DNA of 62,416 bases, counting the filler, from Hausera hauseri (lineage: Eukaryota): assembly GCA_046269625.1 (NCBI GenBank). It is 13 parts of 13 records of this genome, joined end to end, with 100 filler letters (N's around TTAATTAATTAA, not from the genome) between each part and the next. Parts side by side here need not be neighbours in the genome. Positions count along the whole stretch, not along the records: positions 19,797 to 24,287 come from JBJURY010556340.1; positions 24,388 to 28,986 come from JBJURY010511018.1; positions 29,087 to 34,040 come from JBJURY010380480.1; 10 more parts are not named here. One strand, given 5' to 3'. The notes under the pieces were generated by a model, which saw only the letters and a program-made list of their open reading frames with translations, was not told where the DNA came from and did no database searches. Positions 23,881 to 33,839 of this stretch are shown piece after piece. A program made the position numbers and the translations under genes. Every line of letters begins with the position of its first letter. The first letter of the stretch is position 1.

Positions 23881-24808
23881 CTTCGCTGTGAAGATGTCGA
23901 AATGCCCAGATATAAAGCCGATTGTTCCAGATGAAGAGAAAAAAAACAAATGGAAATTTGTTTCAAAAATGTCGTATTTATTGTACTTATACACAATTGC
24001 CCCGCAAATTTTATTTTACCAAATTTCTTATTTATAAAATGTTATTGTTCCTTCAGAAATCATAAATTATTGCATAATATTCCGGTGACACCCGAGAAAT
24101 GAACATTGACAATAGCGATAATAGCGAAGCTTTCACAAATAAACATCAATAGGAAACTGTGATCAATCTACAATATCACAAAGAGCTGAAGTAGCACAAT
24201 AATTTTTTACGTCATGCTTTATGACATAGTTGAGGAAGTTCTTTAAATATTTCAACAATAAAAATCGGTAATCAAAAAAACTTACCGNNNNNNNNNNNNN
24301 NNNNNNNNNNNNNNNNNNNNNNNNNNNNNNNTTAATTAATTAANNNNNNNNNNNNNNNNNNNNNNNNNNNNNNNNNNNNNNNNNNNNAAACCTCCTTATG
24401 CATAAAAATTATTCCATGAAAATGTACTATATAGGAATAAAATCAATATTTTGCATAAATCAACATGTGCTTTTAAAGCCCAGTAAAGCGGAAATCACTA
24501 AATCTGCAAGCGGAACTGGATAAGAAGTCATGTATTTAGAATCGGAATATGATTTTATATTTTCGACTTCGAGCTCACAAGTCGAATACTTAGCTATTCG
24601 AACTCGAAAACTCGGCCAAGCATGCCTTATTCGAAGAATCTAATGAGTTCATTCGATTCCTCATGGTCGAAAACCTTAAATTTCGCGCCGCCAGCTATTT
24701 AATTTAATTGATGCCTTAAAACAAAAGCGCATTAAAAGCAATCAATATGCGAGACAGTACGTGGTGATATAACTATATTTTTCATTATTTCCAAAACCAC
24801 TTCAACGA

Positions 24809-27800
24809 ATGGTGAGTTTTTTAATTGTGCTCCTCAAACAATTGATTGATTTTAGATGTGAAAACTTTACAGCGAATGTTTGGCTCAAATCTACGAGCCG
24901 GAAAATTGGCACAGTGTTATGAAGAAGTACTTTGGCCATATGTAAAACAGGGTTCAGTATTATATATGCCCTACATGTGAGGTGGTTGCCAAATTAATTA
25001 TGAAGACTTTTACAATGTCCATAAACAGCACCTGATTTCCTTCATCAAGATGAAAAATCAAATATTCAGTACAAATATGCCAATAACGACTTTTGTGCCA
25101 AAGGAAAATAAAAGATGCAGTTCATGTGTATGGCATATGTGCAATGCACAACCCTCAGAATTGACACAATACCATGAGGAGCTATTATGGATACAAATTC
25201 AATAGGGTCCTCTGTTATATATGCCCTCGATGTGAAGCTGTATGTGATGGAAAATACATGCATTTTTACAAAGATCTTATTGCCCATTTGACAGGCTTCA
25301 ATTTAATGCAAAAGAAAGTCTCATTTAATGAGCAGCATCCTGCTTTAGAAGCACAGCCTGCTTTGGCAGCATATCCAGCTGTACATCCTGCTTCTTCAGC
25401 AAAGCCTGATTCAAGACCAAAACGTTTATTAGAGGTAGCAGCAGATGCTCCATCAAAAGGCCAAAGAGAGCGTCCAGTTGATGCAGCTGAACTGAAGAGA
25501 AAAGTTCGCCGATACTTCATAGCAGCAGTAGGGCAGACATCGCTCCATAAATTCCTGCAATATTCAAAGGAGGAGGCAGCAGGAATTCTCAAGGACAACT
25601 TGTTGGAGCTGATAGTTCTTAAGGTGAACTTCAAATTGGAAGCCACCGTCACCAATGTCGAAGGAGAGCTGCCTAGTAGAACCTTAAGGACAAAGAACAG
25701 GCCACAACTGAAATCCTCTAACATTAAGGATTTCATTAGTGAGGAATATGCAAGGCTTATCCGCGAAGCTGAAGAAAGCCAGGACAAGAGGAGCGGTTGG
25801 ACTTTAGCAACAATAAAGGGGTTATTTGTGCATGTGCACAAGTATTCTTCCATGAGAGGTAGCTCCTACATACCGCTTCCTAAATTGATAGTTAAGAAAA
25901 AGGTATGTGTCAATGTCCATAATAATGACAACATTTGTTTCATGTATGCCATTTTATCAAAACTAGTCCAGGATCAACATAATGCTTCCTGAGTTGGCAT
26001 ATGTGACAGAGTGCAGCATACATACGACTTTAGCTGTATTTCATTCCAGCCGAGCCTAGATAAAGTCGTAAAATTTGAAAGAGTGAACAACATCTCAATC
26101 AACATCTTCGGATTGGAGGAGAACAAATTTTATCTATTATATGTGTGCAAGGAGAACTTAAAGGATCATAGGGATCTACTCCATCTAGAAGATGGGGAAA
26201 CGGGACATTTCATCTGGATTAAGAATTTTGAGCGCCTCGTAGGATCCCAAATATCCAAGCATAAATTAAGGCTGGAAATATGCAAGAGATGCTTTACTTA
26301 TTTTAATGAAGACACAGCCGCAGAAAAACTGGAGGAGCACAAGACCTACTACAATACACACTATTTCATCCGAGCAAAATTCCCCAAGGAGGATTATCTG
26401 GAATACAAGGAGTTCGAGAAGATGCAGGAAGTGTCGATTGTCACATATTGTTACTTTGAGTCCATCCTCAGCCCAGTTTACAGCTGCATCCCCAATCTAC
26501 AGCAAAGCAGTACTACAGCATACGAATACTATGAGTTATCATCATACTGCATGTATGTCAAAGGACTGGACAACGAATTCCATCTCTACAAATGTCTAAA
26601 TGCAGCAGTACATTTTATACAAAGTCTGGAACAAAATGTCCCAAACTTGAAGACATGTTGCAGCAGCATAAGGGCTACATGGTGATGCCGCAGCAAAAAA
26701 ATGTGAATGGGGCAAAGCATCAACATACTACTTATGCAAAAAGCCATTCATATGGGACAATTACAAAATCAGGGATCACTGCCATTTTACAGGCATATGC
26801 CGAGGTGCAGTGTGCAACAATGGCAACTTACCCTGCAAGACATGTACATATGTTCCCGTGGTATTCCACAATCTTAGTGAATACGATTGCCACTTCATTG
26901 TTCGAGAATTGTGTAATATTGAGGGGAACATAGATGTGATTTCAAATAGTGAAAAGTACATCACCTTCACGAAGCATGTGGACCGCATCAGACTTCGCTT
27001 CATTGATAGCTTCCGCTTTTTGAGTTCGTCACTGGACAGCCTCGTAAAGAACCTTCCAACTGATGAGCTCAAGGAGAGGAAGATGTTCTTTCCGGATACA
27101 TTTGACCTGGTGAAGCGGAAAGGAGTGTTCTTCTATGACTATATAACGTCATGGAAAGCACTGGATGAAGATGCATTACCGGCCAAGGAAAACTTCTATA
27201 GATATTTGTCATACAGTCATATTAGCGATGTTGACTACGAGCACGCCCAAAGAGTATTGCAGACCTTCCAGTGCAGGACAATAGAGGAATACAGTGATAT
27301 CTATCTCCTCACAGATGTCCTGTTGCTTACTGATGTTTTCGAAAGCTTCGGGGTTGTGACCCTTAAGATCCACAAGTTAGATCCAGCCCATTTCTTTGCA
27401 GCTCCAGGAATGATTTGGACAGCTTCACTATATGCTGCGCTATACCTCATAAGGCTCCAGATCTTGAAGGATTACAATATGGTTCTCATGATTGAGAGAG
27501 GCATCAGGGGCGGAATCTGCCAGGACATTCACAGGCACAGTGTGGCCAACAACAAATACATGGTAGATTATGATCCATCCAAGGAATCCTCATATGTATC
27601 ATACCTGGATGCCAACAATCTGTATGAATGGGCAATGAGCAACATATTGCATTGTGATAACTTTCAATGGGTGGAGCAGCCGCAAGTCCTGGATATTAAA
27701 TGTATGGATCCAAATGGAGATACGGGCTACATACTGGAGGTGGACGTGAAATACCCACATAGCATCCACACAATGCATTAGCAGCTGCCTTTTCTCCCTG

Positions 27801-28730
27801 AGAGCAAGAGGCCGCCAAATGGAAAGCATAAAAGCTGCTATGTCACTTCGAAAAAAAGGAGAGGTATGTAGCCCACTATATAAACCTCCAACAGGCCATA
27901 CAAAATGGATTCCGAGTCATCGGGATTCATCCAACTCTGCAGTTCAACCAGTCCAAATGGCTGAATCCATACATAGATCTTAATACTGAGTTGAGGGCCA
28001 ATGCCAAAAACGAGTTTGAATAGGATCAGTTCAAACTTTACAAAAACTCGGTCTTTGGCAAAACTATGGAGAACATCCGGAACAAAGAAACTCATCGCTA
28101 AGCCCAACTTTCACAGCAGCACATATGCTCAAGACATCACTTGAGTTCAGCAAGCCTATACATGTGGGCATGTCCATATTGGATCTATCCAAGATCTTGA
28201 TGTATGACTTTCATTACAACGTCATGGTCCCCACATTCAATGAGCTCCAGCTAATGTACATGGACACGGACAGTTTCATATACCTGATCCATACAGATTA
28301 TATCTTTGAAAAGTTTGCAAAATTGGCGCAGTATATGGATACCTCGGACTAGCCCAAGGATCATCCAAATTACTTAGTCGTCAACAAGAAGGTCCACGGG
28401 AAGTATAAAGATGAGGCAAATGGGACGATCATCACCCGTTTCGTTGCGGTGAGATCAAAAATATATGCCATCGATGTAAGTGGTCAAGTAAAGAAGCGGG
28501 CTATGGGAGTTCAAAGGGCTACATTAGCTAAAGACATACGCTTTGTAGATTTTGAGAGAGTGTTGCGAGAACAAACTCACATCGTCAGCGAGGTAAAGAG
28601 GATCCAGTCCCGAGAACATCAGATTGCTACGGTTGCGCTGCGCAAGAAAAGCCTTAATTGATTCAATGACAAAAGGCACATTCTTAAAGACGGAATCCAC
28701 ACACTACTTCGTGGACATGTGTCATTGTAA
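24809..28730 (+). pseudogene. polB: Polinton/Maverick protein-primed family B DNA polymerase, copy A1
   Basis: SGWTL..GSSYIPLP, CVNVHNNDNICFMYAI, EndoVII-like DHCHFTG..RGAVCNNGNL, VVFHNL..YDCHFI, FIDSFRFL, RKGVF.YDY, DVLLL.DVFE, YLDANNLY, KNSVFGKTMEN, YMDTDS, RSKIY. Confidence 0.95.
24812..24855 (+). other. 44-nt spliceosomal intron immediately after the polB ATG
   Basis: ATG|GTGAGT...TTTTAG|; removal puts the ATG in frame with the conserved Cys/His domain; same position and length in copy A2. Confidence 0.8.
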
Positions 28731-28885
28731 ATATTATTATTATTCATTATTATTCTTTTGCCTAATAAATGTTGTAAATAAATATCTTGTTGTATTCTTG
28801 ATCAAGAAATGTGGGATATAGGATAAGGCCAAGTAAAAGTAAGTAACTGCTATATAGGATAAGACCAACTAATTTCATAACACAT

Positions 28886-28986
28886 TTATTTAGTAACAAT
28901 ATAACTTTAACATAACGCTAAACACTTTTTATATGCACAATGTGAACCATGTTCACGATAAATACATGTAATGTTCTTTGGTATAG
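28886..28986 (-). pseudogene. C-terminus of the DxE nuclease-like accessory gene, convergent with polB
   Basis: IPKNITCIYREHGSHCAYKKCLALC*SYIVTK*, homologous to about 33740-33835. Confidence 0.8.
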
Positions 28987-29086
28987 NNNNNNNNNNNNNN
29001 NNNNNNNNNNNNNNNNNNNNNNNNNNNNNNTTAATTAATTAANNNNNNNNNNNNNNNNNNNNNNNNNNNNNNNNNNNNNNNNNNNN

Positions 29087-30085
29087 AACTCGGTGCAGTG
29101 TATCCGTGCCACTTGACGAGATATTGTTTATTCGAACCTTTGCCACGTGAACGTAGAATTTCCAGAATGCGATGTACATCGGGTTTCTTGGGCAGTACCT
29201 GCAGTTTCTGTTTGAAGAACTTACCGCGTATTTCCTCACCGTTTTCATCCTCTAAAATGTACATGACAAGTGTTTGTTTTGTGTTAACTGCCGAAATGCG
29301 GAAAACCTTGTCTCTCCAGTTCTGATTGAAATTCTTAATGAACGACGTGGTACTTATTTTTGAAATACGTACATAATAACCGATTTTATACTTGAGACGA
29401 CGTTTAGTTGGTCGTCGTCGGTTTTGATAAAGCCACATGTCCAAATCATCGATTATATCAACCGGCCGTAATCCATTGATGCCACGACGTGTCGAATGAT
29501 TGTAAGCATGAATAATATCCGGCAGTGCATCTATCCAGCGTTTGTTGACTTGCTTCGTAAAGAATTTGTTTAGGCGACCGTGCAATGTTCGATTAAATAG
29601 TTCGACTAGTGCAGCCTTGTATTGGGAAAAAACCAAGTAGTGGTTTACGCCAAACCGTTTCAAGACCGCTGCAACGCGGGCGTTGTAGAATTTCTTACCC
29701 AAATCCGTTTGCAAATGCTTCGGCTGTTGTTGTTGTATCAGTGTCTGGACAGCGTCGGCAATATCTTTACCGGATTTAGATTTCACGGCAATTGCATGTG
29801 CAAAGCGACTAAACACATAAACACATGTCAGCACGTACCTATGCCTATCGTTGATGCTGACGTAGGGAATCATTTCCATTAGATCCATTTGCCATACGTT
29901 ATTTACATTGGTAGCACGGTATGCACAAGTTGGAAACAGCCTTTTTATAGGTTTTTTAGGCTGTATGCTAACTGTTTCCCGAGCCAACATTGGGTCTCTT
30001 GACGAGTCTGTTTGACAGTCTTTGCCAGTTTGTCGACGCCAGTATACCCAATAGGATGACGCGGATTAAACCACATGTCGCCCAT
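29087..30085 (-). pseudogene. int: Polinton retroviral-type (rve) integrase with C-terminal chromodomain, copy 1
   Basis: WQMDLMEM..YVLTCV.VFSRFA, LQTDLGK.FYN, KAALVE.FNRTL, YNHS, VRISK, YLVKWHGY. Confidence 0.95.
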
Positions 30086-30238
30086 CGTTGTCGTCGGTGT
30101 TGTCTATGATGTCTTTTTTGTTTGCATTGCAGCAATGAGAACGAAACGTTAATTAAAGATTCCGTAAACTGGGACAAAATGATGAAAACCATGCACCCGT
30201 ATCGCGGAATCATGATATACTTACCGTCATTGTTTATA

Positions 30239-30562
30239 CTAAACTGCTCCAAAAATCAGTCCCCCCAGTAATGACGTGACAACCGGTAGAATTGCACCCA
30301 GGAATCCGCCATTTTGCTGGCACATGACCTCTCGTTTCAGTCGTTTACTACGAGCGTTGGCAAGGCCAGTGAGTTGTTTTCGATACTTTAGTAAATTCTG
30401 CTTTCCACTACCAATATCAGCGTGACCCACAACGATATTGTACAAAATTTCCATCACGTCGTCCACTAAAAATTGCAGGAATGATCGTAGTATGTTTTGC
30501 ATATGTCTCGCAGATGCCTTGAGCAAAGCAATAAAGTACGGCTGACTACGTTTGAATCGCAT
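30239..30562 (-). CDS. Small conserved Polinton/adintovirus protein ending in QxGG-F plus an amphipathic helix (putative virion protein)
   Basis: 107 aa: EILYNIVVG..LLKYRKQL..QQNGGFLGAILPVVTSLLGGLIFG; lies between ATPase and integrase; second copy at 45755-46053. Confidence 0.75.
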   Translation of the reverse strand: MRFKRSQPYFIALLKASARHMQNILRSFLQFLVDDVMEILYNIVVGHADIGSGKQNLLKYRKQLTGLANARSKRLKREVMCQQNGGFLGAILPVVTSLLGGLIFGAV

Positions 30563-30593
30563 TTTAGACGTATTGATGCTGAGACGTTGTTGT

Positions 30594-30755
30594 TTATAAC
30601 CGTTGCCACTGTAACGGTAACTTGCGTCTAGCTGTTGTTCGAAACACATAATTGATTAATCGCTTGACTGCAGCGGTTTGTTTTGATACACATTTCTTGC
30701 CGGACATCCACTTGGTAGGTATACGTTTAACAATAGTTTTCCGGAAATTTTTCAT
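30594..30755 (-). CDS. Small basic protein (or basic C-terminal tail of the ATPase)
   Basis: MKNFRKTIVKRIPTKWMSGKK..KRLINYV..KLPLQWQ is conserved in copy 2 (about 46090-46265); in frame with the ATPase, with CGA here where copy 2 has TGA. Confidence 0.5.
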   Translation of the reverse strand: MKNFRKTIVKRIPTKWMSGKKCVSKQTAAVKRLINYVFRTTARRKLPLQWQRL

Positions 30756-30769
30756 TTTATTACAATCAT

Positions 30770-31426
30770 GTCGTCGACTTTCAAGTTTTTTATAGACATG
30801 CGCACCTTTCTGAAGGAAAATATCTCGTCGTACACGGATGTCATCGGAATATTGTTGTGTAAAGTCAATAAACAGATATCCATGCGCTTTGTTCGTAGAA
30901 TCATGATATGCATCTATCAAGNNNNNNNNNNGGCTGTGAGGAAATGCTTGTCGTGCAGCATAATCAATCATAGTTTGATCACGTGGATTTTTGAACAAAA
31001 CCAAATAATGTACGTTTAGATTTTTTGTTCGATGCTGTCCGCCTTGATGGAACATGTCTTACGTAATGAAAACAACTGTCACACCACGGTGTCCTACAAT
31101 TGTTGTGAACAGGTTGTTGAAGTCCGATTGTTTCGCGGCTTCCTGAAATAAATCGTCAATAACAATAACGTCATGGTTGAATAATCCCTCAGACCAGTTT
31201 TCATCAAATTAATCAATTACCGTTATGGATTTTAATTTACAAAATTCCCGATGTGTCAAACCGGACTCATCATCATCACTAACACCCTGATGCCAGTAAA
31301 TGTGATTGTACCGCGGTTAATGGAACATGTCACGGTATTTCTGCAATAGTTTTCACACAAATGCGTATTGCCACTTCCACTGGGGCCTACAATCTTCAAA
31401 ATTGCATTATTCTGCAGCTTCATCAT
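30770..31426 (-). pseudogene. A32/FtsK-like genome packaging ATPase, copy 1
   Basis: IVGPSGSG(N)TH Walker A, VIVIDDL Walker B, GHRGVTVVFIT, NVHYLVLFKNPRD, HGYLFID. Confidence 0.93.
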
Positions 31427-31510
31427 AATAATACAACCTTTCCTTACATGCTTTGTTTATAATCGTGTTACACACATATATATAGCTATAGTATAAACAC
31501 TGTTTCTATA

Positions 31511-32072
31511 ATGGTAGCTAATATCAACTATCGCGGACACGTTACCGAGTGTGACATTAACACATTACCTTTTAATCAATGGAAGCCTGAGGAAGTATGT
31601 CCTCAAGTGTCCACCGGATTTTACGTGCATTATATTTTAATCGGGAAAGTGTCGTATTATGGGTTGTCGCAAACCAATCACAGCTGACAGTAACATTAAA
31701 CTACTGCCATTCGGAATTGTCATTGACCAAATCCAATCAATAACGGTAACGACTCAGTCAGACTGCCCATCAATCAATCTGTACAAATTAGCAATGGCCA
31801 CTGCTGAATGTATGTATGAACTCAAACTGTTTCCAGCACTGAGACTGACATCGTTTCGCCCACTTTGTGTCAATGTGTTTAGCAGTGGAAAATTTGTTGT
31901 ACTCGGTATTCGGACAGTGGACTATGAACCGATTAATCAAATTAAAAACCACATAAATGTTTTACTGAATCAAAATAATGTACTTTGCACAAAAACAAAC
32001 TATAAATACCATTCCCATGCTCATTCCGACATTACTGTCATGGAAGACGACAAAAACGATTCTACTCAATGA
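31511..32072 (+). pseudogene. tbp: TATA-box-binding-protein-like gene inside the Polinton contig (one frameshift, one stop)
   Basis: Repeat 1: MVANINYRG...CIIF*SGKCRIMG; repeat 2: IQSITVT...INLYKLA...MYELKLFPALRL...PLCVNVFSSGKFVVLG (TBP YEPExFPGL..IFxSGKxVxxG pattern). Confidence 0.85.
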
Positions 32073-32265
32073 TGGTGGTTGTGAGAATGATGAAAGTTCA
32101 GATTGGTCATGGTTGTTTGGCTACAAAAAAGACAATTCTAATATTAAACTGCTGGAAACGAAAACGGAACCTGTCTAACAATTAGAAAAACCTTATAATG
32201 GCAACTGTCTGGAACTTGCTCAGAAATCAGCAGCGGCAGCAGCAAAACCGACGTTAAAAAGGCAA

Positions 32266-32712
32266 ATGGCAATGATTAAAATACGTAAACGAAAATCAAA
32301 ACCGTCGTGCCAAACACAGACATTTTTACCTAAACGAATTTTTCGCAAGTATGAAGTGCATTTCCTGCAAACGCCCGTACTAATTTCATTGAATGACCCC
32401 GTGTCTCTCTGTGCACACAAGTACAGCTATCGTGCAAAATGGCTTTCGGGTGAAAATTTGGATAAACTTTCTGATGCTTTTCATCAATTAGACGTGAACT
32501 TAAAGTTGAACGAAACGACCGCGCAACAGCAATCTGTCGTTTTATTGGCCCAGAAAACGAAATTGTTTGATTTTATCGGTCGTGAAATGTCTCATGTACC
32601 CGATGATGATTTAAAGTGTCGACTGAATATTGAATTGCAAGGACGCAGGGAAAAGGCCGGTATCAAAAGCCCGATTTGGCATGTAGCTGAAGCACATTTT
32701 AATTATCAATAA
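32266..32712 (+). CDS. Hypothetical Polinton accessory protein, 148 aa, basic NLS-like N-terminus
   Basis: Open ATG ORF in the co-oriented cluster; AATAAA overlaps the stop. Confidence 0.5.
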   Translation: MAMIKIRKRKSKPSCQTQTFLPKRIFRKYEVHFLQTPVLISLNDPVSLCAHKYSYRAKWLSGENLDKLSDAFHQLDVNLKLNETTAQQQSVVLLAQKTKLFDFIGREMSHVPDDDLKCRLNIELQGRREKAGIKSPIWHVAEAHFNYQ

Positions 32713-32799
32713 ATTTTGTTTTACCGTTCTTCTTTCATTAACCCAATTAACGAGTATAAATATACATGTAATTTTAATATAGGCATAAGAATATTGATA

Positions 32800-33264
32800 A
32801 TGAATAATGTGAAGATTATTTTAACAGACGAAAATGCCTTTGTATCGAGAAGTGTTACAGCAAACAGTGCAGGCTACAATGTGTTTCACAATGTCAATAC
32901 GACAATTTCGGACAGCACAATCAAATGCATAATGATTGGGATTCGATTGGCGATTCCACCCGGTTACTACGGCCAACCTTTATCGAAAAGCGGACTGGCA
33001 AAGCTCGGACTGACGGTTGTTGGCGGTGTCATTGATTCAGACTTTCGTGGTGAAATTAAGGTGTTGCTGAAAAACAAATCCAAGGAACCGTATGCTCTTT
33101 CGAAAGGCCGCGCAATCGCACAAATCGTGTTTCTTCGATGTGAAGAGGCGGAATTCAGTGTAATGTCACCGGAACAATGGGGATTGTTTTGTGTCAATGA
33201 AGCAACACAAAATGAATGCAAAGAATTTGGCTTTGGTGATATGAACAAAATCATCTATGTTTAA
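32800..33264 (+). CDS. dut: dUTPase (trimeric type), motifs partly decayed
   Basis: SAGYNV, SKSGLA, GGVIDSDFRGEIKV, IAQIVF; motif 5 degenerate (EFGFG). Confidence 0.93.
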   Translation: MNNVKIILTDENAFVSRSVTANSAGYNVFHNVNTTISDSTIKCIMIGIRLAIPPGYYGQPLSKSGLAKLGLTVVGGVIDSDFRGEIKVLLKNKSKEPYALSKGRAIAQIVFLRCEEAEFSVMSPEQWGLFCVNEATQNECKEFGFGDMNKIIYV

Positions 33265-33344
33265 TGATTGTGATAATAATAGTACTAATAGTTAGTTGTT
33301 TTGTTTGCGTTATAAACAAAAAATGATTTTGTATATGATAAGTA

Positions 33345-33839
33345 ATGGCGACAAAATTTATAGATATTGAAGCTTCCCAAGATGATAATGCTAGGTACAT
33401 AATAAAGGAATTATGAATTATGGACGTCGGTAACATTTTCGAATCGCTTGTGTACATATTCAAGCCCGGTATTGTGTGGAAAAACATGGAGGCAAAAGCG
33501 AAAATTACAAATGGATTTCTCTTTCGACATCGTCATTGACTTCATTGGTATGAAGGCAATTCTATTTTCTGTGCGGCGTATATTATTGGAGAGACTTGTG
33601 ATCGTTTTAACATTGAAAATACAATATTTTACATTAAAGATCAAATTGTCGCACAAAAGTTTACACAACTCCATTCACAGTTTCCCGAGTTGCAAATGAC
33701 GACGTATTGAACAACATCGAACAAGTCGTTGGCGATGGTACCTGACAATATTCAATGTCCGTATCGTGATCATGGACCACATTGTGCTTACAAAAATGTC
33801 TATGGCTTTGTATTGACTATATTTCATGCAAATAAATAA
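33345..33839 (+). pseudogene. DxE RNase H-fold nuclease-like protein with a C-terminal C/H/C motif (Maelstrom/DEDDh-like); absent from the ORF track
   Basis: MATKFIDIEAS..YIIKEL*I..YIFKP..W..KITNGFLFRHRH*LHWYEG..FYIK..CPYRDHGPHCAYK with three in-frame TGA; homologs at 43525-43930 and 28886-28986. Confidence 0.6.

Noticed and set aside
25266-25853. 195-aa antisense ORF and the many other short ORFs opposite polB, pol and integrase
   Set aside because: Shadow frames of recognisable genes on the other strand, with no motifs of their own
28730-29100. Apparent contiguous Polinton (polB A1 next to integrase), likewise 43930-44031
   Set aside because: Separated by artificial linkers; linkage was argued only from shared genes within contigs
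31590-31610. GTATGT donor-like site at the TBP frameshift
   Set aside because: The nearest AG gives only 13 nt, and a longer intron would delete conserved TBP residues; a 1-nt indel is simpler
24859-33420. In-frame TGA at expected Cys positions (24859, about 25162, about 33414), suggesting UGA=Cys/Sec or an alternative code
   Set aside because: The same genes also carry TAA, TAG and frameshifts; other TGAs replace Trp or Arg/Gln; paralogous polB copies have ordinary TGC. Neutral decay explains it.
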